The position numbers were made by a program, and so were the translations under genes. A stretch of 64,000 bases of DNA from Octopus vulgaris (taxonomy: Eukaryota), in contig OX597833.1 in NCBI GenBank assembly GCA_951406725.2, positions 35,402,001 through 35,466,000 on the forward strand. Direction: 5' to 3'. This document shows, in pieces, positions 14,852 through 28,288 of this stretch; positions within the stretch are counted from its first letter, which is position 1, and every line of letters starts with the position of its first letter. Below the pieces are notes generated by a model. The model was not told the DNA's origin. It ran no database searches and saw only the letters and a program-made list of their open reading frames with translations.

Positions 14852-15168
14852 TCACGTTCAGGAGTCAATCTCATATTAGGTGTCAATTTCTTTAATTAGC
14901 CCTGCCATGCTTGATCGCTAAATCTACAAGTCTTTTTTTATTCTCTCTCTCTGTTTATTTTCTCTTATTCTTTTCTGTTGAACAGCGTAGTCTCGAAACG
15001 TAAAAGACTTTCTCACTTTATACATACGTATGTATGTATTATCTACGCATCTATGTGTGTCTTTGTGTTTGTGTTTGTCCACCACCGACATTTGTTTACG
15101 TCCTCATAACACCTGTTTGTTGTTCATACACCTGTCTTCGATTTTTGTTTTTCTGTAAATTTCAACTA
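14852..15168 (+). mobile_element. Non-coding repeat family P (Penelope pLTR-like) with a degenerate hammerhead-like motif
   Basis: ttttctgttgaacagcgtagtctcgaaacgtaaaagactttc...cacctgtcttcg, ending in (TA)n. Homologous to 24029-24160 (-) and 46229-46408 (+). Confidence 0.6.
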
Positions 15169-16164
15169 TATATATATATATAAACCATTTGGTTAATAAC
15201 AAATGCTTTAAATTCTTAAGATGCAATTGACTCGGGGCGCTATACATTTAAACCAGTTACAATAAATAAAAACAATAGCGCAAATGTTTTCACAAATTCT
15301 TTGAATTAAGAAACAAGTTTATATTTATTTGACTTACGTTGCAATCATGTGCAGTATGATAACTTGTCATATTTTGTATGAGATACTACTATATATGTGT
15401 ATAGAATGCTTTCCTCGGGGGTATTTCTTTAGGCCATATTGTTGATATTTGTAACTCTGTACATACTGTTTATAATTTTGATAAAAATTAATAACATTCC
15501 AAAATAAATCGTATTTTGAATTGGTGTGGTAAATTAAGAGTTCAGATATTGACTAGAATCAAACAACCTATTGAAGTGGACAAGATTGCAAATGAGAAAT
15601 TATATTAGATATATATTAGTGAAAACACTTCAATTAAGAGTATGGGAATTATTAAATATTCTAAACGTTTTGCAAGGACCAGATAATATCATCTTGATTT
15701 CACTGATGATAATAATAGGTACCATTTACGCATGTAACATACACCACTCCGCATCATTACCCCCAGTTATGGAATCGTAATGAAATGGCCCAAAGGAAAG
15801 AAAATTTATTAAAGGGAAACCTAAAGAAGGACGTTGTAATATTTAAAGAAATCCTCTATGAAATCCTGATTCATTTGTTATAATTATAGTTTAAATCAGT
15901 GTTTCATATATACCGAGAATAGGAAACTGCACAGACGCTTTTAAATGGCCGAGAGTTCTGGAAACACTTTAATTAATAATAATTGGTGAATGTCTTAAAA
16001 TTTTTTTCTCGTCGCCATTACTTTAGTGGACTAGTCCATTTACATAATAACATTTCGAAAGATTAAGGTAGCTTAATCAGGAAAAGTCAATCCTTTTACA
16101 AATGAATCAATGCTGACATTGCGAGGAATTTTCTTCTATATTTTACTCAGGGTATGGTCTGATC

Positions 16165-16410
16165 GTGGAGGCGTGTGGCTTAGTGGTTAGGGTGTCAGCA
16201 TCATGATCGTAAGATTGTGGTTTCGATTCCTGGACCGGATGACGCGTTGTGTTCTTGAGCAAAACACTTCATTTCACGTTGCTCCAGTTCACTCAGCTGG
16301 CAAAAATGAGTAACGCTGCGATGGACTGGCGCCCGTCCAGCCGGGGAACACATAGGAAACGGGAAACCGGGCCCATGAGCCTGGCTAGGCTTTAAAAGGG
16401 CGCATTTATT
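16165..16410 (+). mobile_element. tRNA-derived SINE family C, apparently full length
   Basis: Pol III A box tggcttagtggt (16176) and B-box-like gtttcgattcc (16220-16230). Central ttgagcaaaacacttcatttcacgttgctccag...gcgatggactggc segment. Second copy at 1558. Confidence 0.8.
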
Positions 16411-17249
16411 TACTTATTATGATTAGACCATGTGCTGATTTTTGCTTTGAACAATGTTTCTTATTTGCCAGGATTTTTATAGGTTTTAATATTCAATGTT
16501 TCATTCGTAAAAACTATCTTGCATCAACGTTTAAAACTACTTTGCAGCATCCTTTTCACCCAAGTACTGAAATATCCGTTGAAAGATAGATCTTACATCT
16601 TGATTCTTATGTTTAGAAGATCTTAATGCTCTAGGATTTTAGTGGAGTTCCTTCTAGAACATTGTATAATGAAAGCTGACACAGTCCAATAACATACATA
16701 TAGATAAAAACTCACATTAAATGTATATGCTAATTATAGTTGAGTCTCAATGCGTTTACATTTATAAAATATCATTTCATACTTGAGTCTGGATGATAAG
16801 GTTTACGAAGTGGAATTTTGTTGAATTAAAAATGACATTTTGACGTATACTTCGCCAAATACATATATAATTATGTTTAGAATTTAAGAAACGTGAAAAA
16901 TTGCCATGCGAGTTCAATAAAACTATCAATCAATCTATTTATAAATTACGTCCATGACATTTCACCTCTGCGTGCATACAAACACTGATACATGGACGTA
17001 GAATCACCTTATGGTTTGAAATCATTATTAAAGGTAAAAAAAAACGTAACATTAATAATGAAAAAAAAATCACGTTATATACTTGCATTTTCTGGGATAT
17101 TTTATAATTGTGTCCTTGTGGTTGTGTAGTAAAAAAGATTGCTTCTGGGTTCAGCCCCACTGCATTGCACCTTAACTATAGTTTCGAGCTGACCAAAACC
17201 TTTGTGAGTGGATTTGGTCGAAGGAAACTAAAAGAAGTCACCGTATATA

Positions 17250-17451
<202 letters not shown>

Positions 17452-18677
17452 CAGGCATGACACAAGTAAATAGACATCCCATAAAACATCGTTTTATGTA
17501 TATTTCAACTTGAAAAGGTATATATATTTTTTATTAAGTGACATTTTTATGGTTCAGTTTCTATATGTGACTGTTTAATCATGCCATGTACAAAAGAAGC
17601 CTTAGAACTGTCCGAATTTTAAAGAGGCTGTATTGTGGACCATTTTGAAGGTAGACATAGTCAGCGTAAAATCGCAGAAGACCTTGGGATCCCGCTTTCT
17701 ACAGTTAACAGAGTGATTGTGCAATTCACCAGAGAAGGGAAAGAGTTCACATCACCTCGTACAAGTCGACAAGGGCCCTCTGACTGGACCCTTCGCTTTG
17801 TTAAGAGAAGTGTGTAGGATAATCCTCGTTGTAAGGCCTCTGACATAGCAGAACAAGTTGATGTCAGTCCCAGAACAGCTGTCAGGTATCTCCACAAACT
17901 TGGTTACTATGGCAGAGCAGCAAGAAGGAAGCCACTTCTTCGACAAGTCAATATCAAGCAGTGAAGAGATTGGGCCAGTGAGATGGTGGAGAGGCCACTA
18001 GCATTTTGGGACACTTTCATGTTCTCTTATGAGTCCAGATTTGCTACAGTTTCTGTCAGTGATCGAGTCTGGGTCTGGAGACTCTGGTTAAGAATTTGTT
18101 GTGAAAAGATTGTAGCCAACAATGAAAAACGGCGGCTATTCTGTGATGGTATGGGAAGAAATTCGGAGTAATGGTTGATCAGAGCTGGTGGAGTGTGAGG
18201 TAAATATAAACTCAAATAAATATATGTCCATATTGCAGGAGGGATTCCTCCCATCCTTCTCCAGTGGTGAAATGATTAAAGAAGACTATAATTATAGAAC
18301 ACGGCTAAAAAGACCCAAGATTGGCTGGAAGCGAATGGCATTAAGAAGTTTCACTGGCCAAGCTAGTCACCAGATATGAATCCTATTGAAAACCTTTGAT
18401 GTATATAGGACGGGACACTTCGTAAAAAGAACAAGAAAGCATTCTCAAAGCCAGATCGTTTGAGATCATTGCATGAAACTTGGCAATAAATTCCTGAAGA
18501 GAATATTCGTCATCTGATCAGTAACATGCCTAATAGGGTCCTTGCATTAAAAAATGCAAAGAGCATGTCTACTAAATACTATATATTCACATTATAATAA
18601 TCAATAAATAATTTGACTGTATAATTTCAGATTTAAAAAAATTTTAACTGTTATAAGCGTATCTATTTACTTCTGCC

Positions 18678-18680
<3 letters not shown>
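17452..18680 (+). mobile_element. Tc1-family DNA transposon, near full length, inactive
   Basis: Imperfect TIRs (catgacacaagtaaatagaca / tatctatttacttctgccatg), TA-repeat flanks, about 1.2 kb, encloses a transposase pseudogene. Confidence 0.9.
17581..18579 (+). pseudogene. Tc1 (DD34E-type) transposase pseudogene with stops and frameshifts
   Basis: [23 protein letters not shown]; GRAARRKPLL; FMFSYESRF (FSDESRF-like); VMVW; INSNKYMSILQE; WPS*SPDMNPIENL; C-terminal SNMPNRVLALKNAKSMSTKY. Confidence 0.9.
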
Positions 18681-18728
<48 letters not shown>

Positions 18729-19451
18729 TACATACATACACATACATGTATACATACGTATGTATGTATTATCTACGCATCTATGTGTGTCTTTGTGTTT
18801 GTGTTTGTCCACCACCGACGTTTGTTTACGTCCTCATAACTTAGCGGTTCAGCGAAAAACCGATAGAATGAGTACCGGGATTTAAAAAATAAGTACTGGG
18901 GTCGATTCGATTGTCTAAAACCCTTTAAGGTGGCGTCTCAATATGGGCGCCGTCCGATGACTGAAACAAGTGAAAGATAAACGACAAGGATAATATTACA
19001 ATACGACGTTCTGTCCCAGTTATACTTTCCTCTTATTTTTATCAGTTTAAAAATCATAGTTCGATTTGTTTGGCTAATTTGTAAGAGATTGGATTCAGCA
19101 CAATTTATAGCCAAATAGCCTGAGTATGTATAAGTATATGAGTGTCTAAATATTGAAATGAAAATGAATTCTTCCCAATAATAACCAAAATAGACTGTTT
19201 TGTTTCAAAAGACTAGTATTGAATTAAAATCATTTCCACTGTAATATTGGCGAGTCCAGTAACTTGTGAGTGAATTATTATGGGAGCTGTAGCGTTAATA
19301 ATGAGAAACTTCGAATGAAAACTGAAAAATTTGCTTGAGTTTTTTTTTTTTCAATTTACGTAGCCATTAATAATTTTAAAAAATATATATGAATGCCTCA
19401 ACTTTCCGTTTGCCGTCTCATTACATATTACATTGCATGTTAATGTTAACA

Positions 19452-19483
<32 letters not shown>

Positions 19484-19488
19484 TATTA

Positions 19489-19552
<64 letters not shown>

Positions 19553-19567
19553 TACTACTACTACTAT

Positions 19568-20030
19568 TTGCTTTGTGTTCAAGTTGACTCAAAATCTCAC
19601 CCAGAGACACTAAGCTAGATGTTCAAGTTGGTGTTATGACTAGGTTGCCAGAGTATTGAGTATTATTCTAGAATGTCTGTTAAAACATAAGTAAATTAAA
19701 AGTTTGTCTTTAAAATAATTTACTTATAAGACGATAGTATGATGTTAAGATGACAGTAAAATGTGTTTGCTATTATGTATATTTAAAGGTATTTTAACAC
19801 TAATTACAGTTTTGGGGATTACATAGACAATATTTTACGTAGGATATGAGCAGTTCCCACGAGTACTGTTTTTTTAATTTCTTCCATTTTTGGATTTCCT
19901 GGTATCTGAGCCTAAGCCCTTTCGCTATCATTCCTAAGGCACCTATGACAACAGGTATTGTTTTAGTCTTGAGGTTCCATTTCTACTGCATCATCTGTTA
20001 CACCTCCGTGTTGCTGAGATGTGTGCAGCA
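19568..20030 (-). mobile_element. 3' end of an RLE-type (R4/Dong-like) non-LTR retrotransposon, copy 1
   Basis: The minus strand encodes WNLKTKTIPVVIGALGMIAKG...TVLVGTAHILRKILSM* (stop near 19820). The presumed 3' UTR runs to the (TAA)n tract at 19452-19566. Confidence 0.75.
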
Positions 20031-21418
20031 TTGTGTGTTCTTTCCTACTGTTGGGAGTGTGCGAACTCTTCCCGGTACTGTATTGTTTTAGCTTATTTTC
20101 CTTGAGGTGTGGTGCAGTCTTGTGTCGTATTACTGCTTGTATTCTGTGTTTAGTGTGTAATGCTTTGATTTTCTGGCTTACTGGTGAGAGTTTATTTCAC
20201 TGGGTAAATACTGTATAGATTCTCTTGTATTTGTCGGTTGTTTTGTTTAGCTTGTATTATTGGATTGATAGTGTCATGCATAGGATGAGGACTGTTCCTA
20301 GCAGGGTAATCTTTTGGATAGTGTGTAGTGTTGAGGATCCAAGTGTAGCTTCTACATTTTTGTTCCTATGAATTTTTATCATACCCAATGCTCCAATTAT
20401 TATGGTATTGTTTTTACCTTTACGCCCCATATTTTGATATTTCAATTCCGAGGTCTTTGTTCTTCGACAATTTCTCCACTTCTTTTTGACGATATTTTGA
20501 TCAGAGGGGACTGCAATGTCTATCAGTAAGCTGGTGTTTTTCCCCCAATTCTTGACTATTATGTCTGGGCGATTAGCTTTTATTTCTTTGTTGGTTTGAA
20601 CTGGCATATCTTGGATGATTGTGGCCTGATAGTTGTCTTGTTTCTTGCATGGCTCATGCTTGTACCACCTACTGTCAGTTTTGATGTTGTAATGTTGGAT
20701 ATAACTGCTTACTTTGTCGCGTCTGTATACATATTCAGACTTGGCAAGGGCAATATGATGTGGTCAACGGTCCCATTGTGCTGGTTGCACATTCTGCATT
20801 TGGTGCTGAGGCCTGTTTTCATTATTTCGTTTTTATAGTTGCTTGTAGTCAGGCATTGGTTTTGTGCAGCGAGAATCAATCCTTCCTTTTCGGCTTTTAG
20901 TCCAGAGCTTTTGAGCTATTGTTGGCTTTTACTTAGGCTCACTTCCTCTCTGTCAAGCCTTGCAGGGTATTGGCCAAGTGATTTTTCTCTTCATTTCTTC
21001 TTCAGTATCTTTTATAATTCAGTTTTCATGTTTTTTGTCGTTTTGACCATTTCTGCAATGTTTGTCATCTGAAGTCAGTGTTTCAGTGTAGTTTGCTTCT
21101 GTTTTGCATTTTGTCCCCTCTGTGTATACTTTTTCGCTTGTTGCTTTACTCATGCAGTAGTCTTCCTTTCTTTGTTTCTAAGTACTCTGCTAGTCCAACT
21201 GTTATTATCTTATAGTAGTTTTCTATCTTATCAGACCACAGCCTCCTTCTGAGTGGGGTAGATATATTCTGTCTACGTCTGCTCTGGGGTGGTGACTTCG
21301 GTAGGCTGTTAGTAGTTTTCTGGGTTTTATCCATCTAGGTTTCTCAATTCCCTGATCTTCCAGTTTTTTTATGTTAAAACTGTAATTTATGACTGGTATG
21401 AATAGCGTGTTTATCCCT
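20031..21418 (-). mobile_element. 5'-truncated R4/Dong-like retrotransposon relic, copy 2
   Basis: GINTLFIPVINYSF; HHPRADVDRIYLPHSEGGCGL; LKAEKEGLILAAQNQCL; Zn-knuckle KCRMC...VDHI; RLE motif ANRPDIIV...LLIDIAVP; IIGALGMI; stop at 20257. Confidence 0.85.
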
Positions 21419-21448
21419 ATCATCATCATCATCATCATCATCATCATC

Positions 21449-21510
<62 letters not shown>

Positions 21511-21512
<2 letters not shown>

Positions 21513-22320
21513 GAAAACTCACAGCTTATTTTGCTGGGTGTGATGGAAAGTGTCAGGTATCATCTTCAGATATCGAGTATCTTCCTTAGGATTCTTACAG
21601 AATATAGAATGGTACTTTTCTGCAGGTCGATAATGTGAGTTTCAATTCCGATTTCTTTCAGTCTTTTAGGTAGAATTTTGGAGGTTGTACCAAGTGTACC
21701 AGTTATTACAGGAATAATAGTTGTCTTGGTCTTCCACAGTATTATCAACTCTTCCACAGTGTTCTCTGGGTTGATCTTGATACTTCTCATTTTTTCAATT
21801 TCTTTGGCATCGACTCTACTATCAAGGAATTGCAAAATCTTACTCTGTTTGATTATTCAGTCCTCTAAAGTTATATTTCGTCCTTTTGCTTTCACAGTAT
21901 GATCAGCGTTTTGGGGGAAATCATTCAAGTTCTTATAATTTTCATTTTCTGTTAAACCTTCTGGTTCGTATCCATACCAATTTTCTATTCTTTTGAAGCC
22001 ACACTCTCGGCTAAAATCCCACTTCACTCTTTTGCCTTCACAGTCATGTCTGCGCTTATACTCGTTTTGTGCTAGTATACTGCACCCACTCAGGTGATTG
22101 ATTCTTTGGTCTCCTTTCCTACAGATTCTACATTTGCTATCTGACTGAGTTTTCTTGATCTTTGCTTTATCAGAATTGATCTAAGAACTTGTTCCTGAGC
22201 GGCTATAATTAGCGTTTCTGCTTCTCGTTTCAAGTTTCCGTCTGTCGGTCAGAGTCATTGATCTTTACTTCCTGCGTTCTCGATTTGTTGCATGAATTGT
22301 CCGTGTAGTTCCATTTGTTT
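21511..22320 (-). mobile_element. 5'-truncated R4/Dong-like retrotransposon relic, copy 3
   Basis: HGQFM; NLKREAETLIIAAQEQ; KCRICRKG...HLSGCSILAQNEYKRRHD; IIPVITGTLGT...LQKSTILYSVRILRKILDI*. Bounded by (TAA)n-type tracts. Confidence 0.85.
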
Positions 22321-22522
22321 GTTTTGTTGTTGTTCTTCTGTTTTTGAATTCTCATCATCATCATCATCAACATCATCATCATCATCATCATCATCATCAA
22401 CATTATTATTATTATTATCATTATTATTATTATTATCATTATTATTATTATTATTGTTATTATCATTATTATTATTATTATTGTTGTTGTTGTTGTTGTT
22501 GTTATTATTATTATTATTATTA

Positions 22523-22586
<64 letters not shown>

Positions 22587-22605
22587 CCTTCTCCTCCTCC
22601 TCAAC

Positions 22606-22654
<49 letters not shown>

Positions 22655-22682
22655 ATTGTTGCTGTTGTTGTTGTTGTTGTTG

Positions 22683-22750
<68 letters not shown>

Positions 22751-23869
22751 ATTATTATGGCAGAGACAATGCAATAGAGAATGGAATTATCTTATTTATG
22801 TTTAGTTTTGTTACAATTCATGCTTTCATCTCCCCCTGATTTGATAAACCTGGCGTTTGCTCAAGCTACATACTTTTCCTGTTATAAAAACGGCCCTAGC
22901 CAAAACTAGTCATTAACCTTATTATTCTTTTTATATTTGTTAAAAGTTGTAATTGTATTTGAGATGAGTTAAGCCAATGTTTTTGCGAGGAGATTTATTA
23001 TATTCCGCTGATGCTGCCGTTATTATAGCTACTGTCACTGTAGCTGCCTCGGCTTAATTACAATTTCTGACGTTTTCGCCTTTTACCAATGTTTCTATAT
23101 CTCATCAATAAATCTCGTAATTTAACTATCGATTCTTTATAATCAGTGACGAAGTAACGGAAAAGTAGTTGTAGAGACTAAGCTGTACACATTTCACCTC
23201 TATAGCTACTACCATTTCCATTTATAGTAATATTAATTAAGGATAACAAGAATAGTGATAGGATAAATATGAAAATGATAACTGCTGCAGTAGCAGCAGT
23301 AAATTATTCGGTATCATCATAAAACTAATATTATTAATAGGGAATGGAGGGTTGTGACAATAGTTTATTATATACTTATGTATGTATGTATGTATGTATG
23401 TATGTATGTATGTATGTATGTATGTATGTATATATGTATGTATGTATGTATACATGTATGTATGTATGTGTGTATGTATGTATGTGTGTATGTATGTGTG
23501 TATGTATGTGTGTATGTATGTATGTATGTATGTATGTATGTATGTATGCATGCATGCATGTGTGTGTGTATGCATGTATATATCTATCAAATTATTTACA
23601 AATTGATCAATAATTTATTGTAGAGTAATTACACCCTCCTCCCATTCAGGATATTTTGTATCAGAGAAAATAGAGTTTTCTGAATGTTTTCTCCAAACTT
23701 TGGATTCGAGGATTATTAATTATGTCTAAGCTACCCCTAATTACAAATAGATATACCCATGATTATGATAACGTCCGATATATACTTACGCACAAGCCAT
23801 ACACACACACACGTCCTTGCGCACAAACACACACACACATACACACACCCATACATATATGTGTATGTG

Positions 23870-23910
<41 letters not shown>

Positions 23911-23982
23911 TAAGTAGCCATATATATATATACATAAACATATATAAATAACCATATATATTATATATACATATATAAATAA

Positions 23983-24028
<46 letters not shown>

Positions 24029-24032
<4 letters not shown>

Positions 24033-24160
24033 CAAATTTGCAGAAAACTAAAGATAAAGACAGGTGAAGGAACAACAAGAAGGTGTATTAGTTTAACACT
24101 TGGGAAGAACGGAAAAGTCTTTGACGTTTCGAGTCTACGCTCTTCGACAGAAAGGATTTT
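24029..24160 (-). mobile_element. Repeat family P copy with hammerhead-like motif
   Basis: The minus strand reads cttt ctgtcgaa gagc gtag actc gaaa cgtc aaag (24154-24119), then ...cacctgtcttt...ttgaac, then (TA)n. Confidence 0.6.
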
Positions 24161-24176
24161 GAGGGGAAATATCCGG

Positions 24177-24225
<49 letters not shown>

Positions 24226-27200
24226 TACATACAAACATATATATATATGCACATGCATGTACACTCAAAAGTTATAAATTCATATAAACTCAGTTGATGA
24301 TTGATAAGCTGATCACTTTCAATTTGGCTTCTTGTGTTTCATTGAGTATAATTGTTATGAGATAGCCACAAGGAATATTTTATATATTGGGTGAATATAT
24401 GCTCTTTGAAAGAAATCATGGGCATTTGAATAACCTATGATTAACATAACTGTTTCAGCAGATATGTACTATTTGCAGATGAATGTACAAGGGGAAAGCT
24501 TATTTATAAATATACTGATAATTGAGAAATTTATACAGAAAGGCTCCCTATACAAATATTCTTGAACGCAATATCATAAAAGTATAGAACCCTCGCAATA
24601 AACAGTATAAGATTTTTGAAGAGGTATTTAGCACAACACTTAGAAGAGTGCTATATATATACCGTGTGAGAGTGAAAGCATTAGTTGTAGCAATAATCTG
24701 TATGTTTGTGTAATAGGTTGAAAAAGTAAGAAGAGGTAAGTAAATGAATGACTTTCTTAGAAATACGGTACTCCAAATCAGTCGTTAACAGTTTATATTT
24801 GCGATGGACACAAAATAGGAAGAGAATTAATACAATTACAAGAACGTAGCCGAAATTGTATTTTGTACAAAAACTTGTATAAATGTACAAAAACGTCATT
24901 GGTACAAGTAGCTGAAGATTATGAGAAATTTGAAAAAAAACAAACATTTTTATTGACACCAGAACTTGGAGTCAGCAAAATGCCTGACGCAGAAACTTCG
25001 CAGTAACTAGTTCTTGCTTAGATAAATGGCCAGTTATTTTATGGTAGGAAACAGTTGATTACATCACTCTAGTATTGGACATAACAAAATAATTAAGTGC
25101 TTAAACTTTTTTTGTTTAGCACATTATAAGAGCACAAATTAATTAAATTTACTAAACTTGATCTTAAGCTACGATTTAAAAGCTGAAGTTGAACTATATA
25201 AACTACACAAAACTGGGGTATCTTTTCCAAGAACTATCTATATTACCAATCAAAGCACTAAGCAAAACTTCTTAGTCTTTTAGACTGTGATTTAATTTTC
25301 TATTTCATTTCTTCTATTTTGCTTCTTTTATGCATTTCTTACCTTTGCTTTGCTTGTTTTAAAAAGTTGCAACATGATTTTTCAATGACATTAAGTGATA
25401 CAATTTATTAATTAGCCAGTTTGGTAGCCTCTACGTCGTGACTTTACCTGCTGGAAATAGAAGCTAACTCTGTCTAAAATCACATTATTTTCTTTAAAAA
25501 ATAGAACATAATGTAGACTAGATATGCAAAAGGCAAATGATTTTGACCGGAAAACTGTACCCCTAAGTCAAAAAAAGATCAAGTCTGCCATAGACTGACA
25601 ATGACAATAGCCACCACAAATTCATATGTATAGAGCACATAAATATGAACTCTGCGAATAAATGAAATGTTAGTGTTTATAGTAATACTTAAATACAAAA
25701 ATATTGCTAAAATTTTGTTCTTTACGTTGTATCTGGAGGAAGTGTTTTATTGCCTTTTCAGGCTCTCTGAGATTAGTAAGGTAGACACGGTTTAAAGATG
25801 AAATTCTATGTCTCTAGCGATTTTATGACGCATAATAAAGATTTGTAATATAGACATAAAGCCGTACAGTTAAAGAGATGGGAATAGACCATTTAAATCG
25901 GCCACAGGTACGTATCCGTTGACTTGAAATATAAACTGCAGGCGTAAGCCTGTCTCAGTTGTATTAGAAATTAGAACTTAAAGAGGCATAACTAAAAAAA
26001 ACTACAATGCAGTGTGTTTGATGCTCCACCAATTCCGTCAGTCTACCACTTTTAAATAGTAATAATATCGATTTATTACGTGCAAAGTTATATGCACAAT
26101 AAATAACCAGCTTATCTATTTAAAAAGCTGTTTGTTCGCCATCTAGTTATATTTGTTGACTGTTTTGTTTAGTATTGCCAATATACATAGTACAAGTTTT
26201 ATATCCAGAAAAATCTAGATTTTCTTAAATTATTGATTTCGCTTGTCGTATTTTTTATTTTACACTTTATAAATTTCGCCAGCCATCTTCTCGTGTTATA
26301 TTTACCTTTTCATTAGATTTTGAGCTCAGAAGTGCTATAATAATAAGAATAATACTTGAAGGTTCACCACACTTATTAAAAATATGTCAATAACTGTAAA
26401 CTATTTGATTGCCCTTTATTTCTAAATGAAATTTTGCTCACAAATGAAACCACATAGGTTAATAGTCCAGAAAACATATACCAATGTTTATTATAAATTT
26501 TGCTCACTTTACTCTACATACGTGAGCACACATGTAACCGCCATCTATTATGATATTTACATACGAAATGGCATTGACATCATTTCATCTCAGTTAAATT
26601 TCTACCAACCACCGAAAGCACAGAAGCCATCACCATCTTTTCCACAATCAAAAACTACACTAGTGGTACCACTTCTATAGCCATTAGCAAACACTTTTTC
26701 GTTTATATAATACTTTACAAATTACATCATCAGCAATTAGAGTATGCGAATGTCTTTAAGAAAAATTTGCCATTATCATTAAAATAACTACTGATCCTGT
26801 CCCGCCATCTGTTTTTTTCTTCCTTACAGATATTATTATTACTATTACCATTATCATGTCCATTACTGCTATTCCTTATTATCCATTATCAATATCATTG
26901 CTCAAATTCGCACGTTCCGATTATATGATACACCGCCGTTACTATCAACATTTATCTCCATTATATATTACTTCCACTGTCAGTGATTATTATGCCCACT
27001 ATTCATCCAATTTACCCTTCGTTACCACCAAACATATTACCACTATCCATTTCTATCATCTATTAAGCTTACACCACCGCAAATATTATATCCGTTACTA
27101 CTATCCTTTTTAACTAATTTCCACTATTACCTGGAAAATATTCATGCTCTTGTGATTTCTACTACCGGCTTGGCTCTTTGTTCTTTCACCAAGTATTATT

Positions 27201-27602
27201 ACATTTTATCTTGTCATCATGTCTATGACAATTATCATTCTGCAGTGATCGTTTTATCCCACTGCCTTCTCGTTCCAGTGGTACTGCCATACACACGATT
27301 TACTGTCTCCAACATGCTATGCTGTGCAGGAAGCAACATTCCTCCTTCGCAACGGCTCATTAACCCAAGCAGAGAATATTTGTTGCAAGGTGAATACAGA
27401 CTATGGCATTTCAGAAAATGGCAGTTATTTCTGATGGTTTAGGGGAAGGGTTAGCTGCGGCACGAGAGATGGCAGTAATGGAGAGCGATGGCGTCTGTAG
27501 CAGAGCTCTGCTGTGAAGAGTTGACTTTATATATTATTTTAATATAGAATTATTTTTGAGTCCACGCTCTTCTTGTTTCATCCACAATCGTGTAACCTCC
27601 CC

Positions 27603-27641
<39 letters not shown>

Positions 27642-28011
27642 TCTCTCTCTTTCACTCTCTCTCTCTTTCTCTCTCTGTCTATCTATCAAGATTGACAAAT
27701 GGATAGATAGATAGACAGAGAACAGATAGATAAAGTCATACATATATGTATATATATATTTATACAGGTACATATACAATATATACGTGTATACATGTGT
27801 ATATGTGTGTGTGCGTGTGTGTATGTGTAATATAGATACATATGTAGTATATATTTGTCTATATGTATATACATATATATATGCATATATATATTATATA
27901 TACATATAAAATATATTGTATACAATATATATATACATGCAAATATATATGCATATATATACATATATTATATATGCTTATATATATTATATAATATATA
28001 TATATTGCATG

Positions 28012-28052
<41 letters not shown>

Positions 28053-28184
28053 CCTTTATATATACATATACATTATTTATATACATATATTTACACAATG
28101 CATATATATGTACATATGCATATATATATTTATGTATTTGTCTATCTATCTTTCTATCTATTTATCTGCCTATATATATATATA

Positions 28185-28288
<104 letters not shown>

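Noticed and set aside
16165-16240. tRNA gene
   Set aside because: A and B boxes are present but there is no complete cloverleaf, and the sequence continues into a SINE body.
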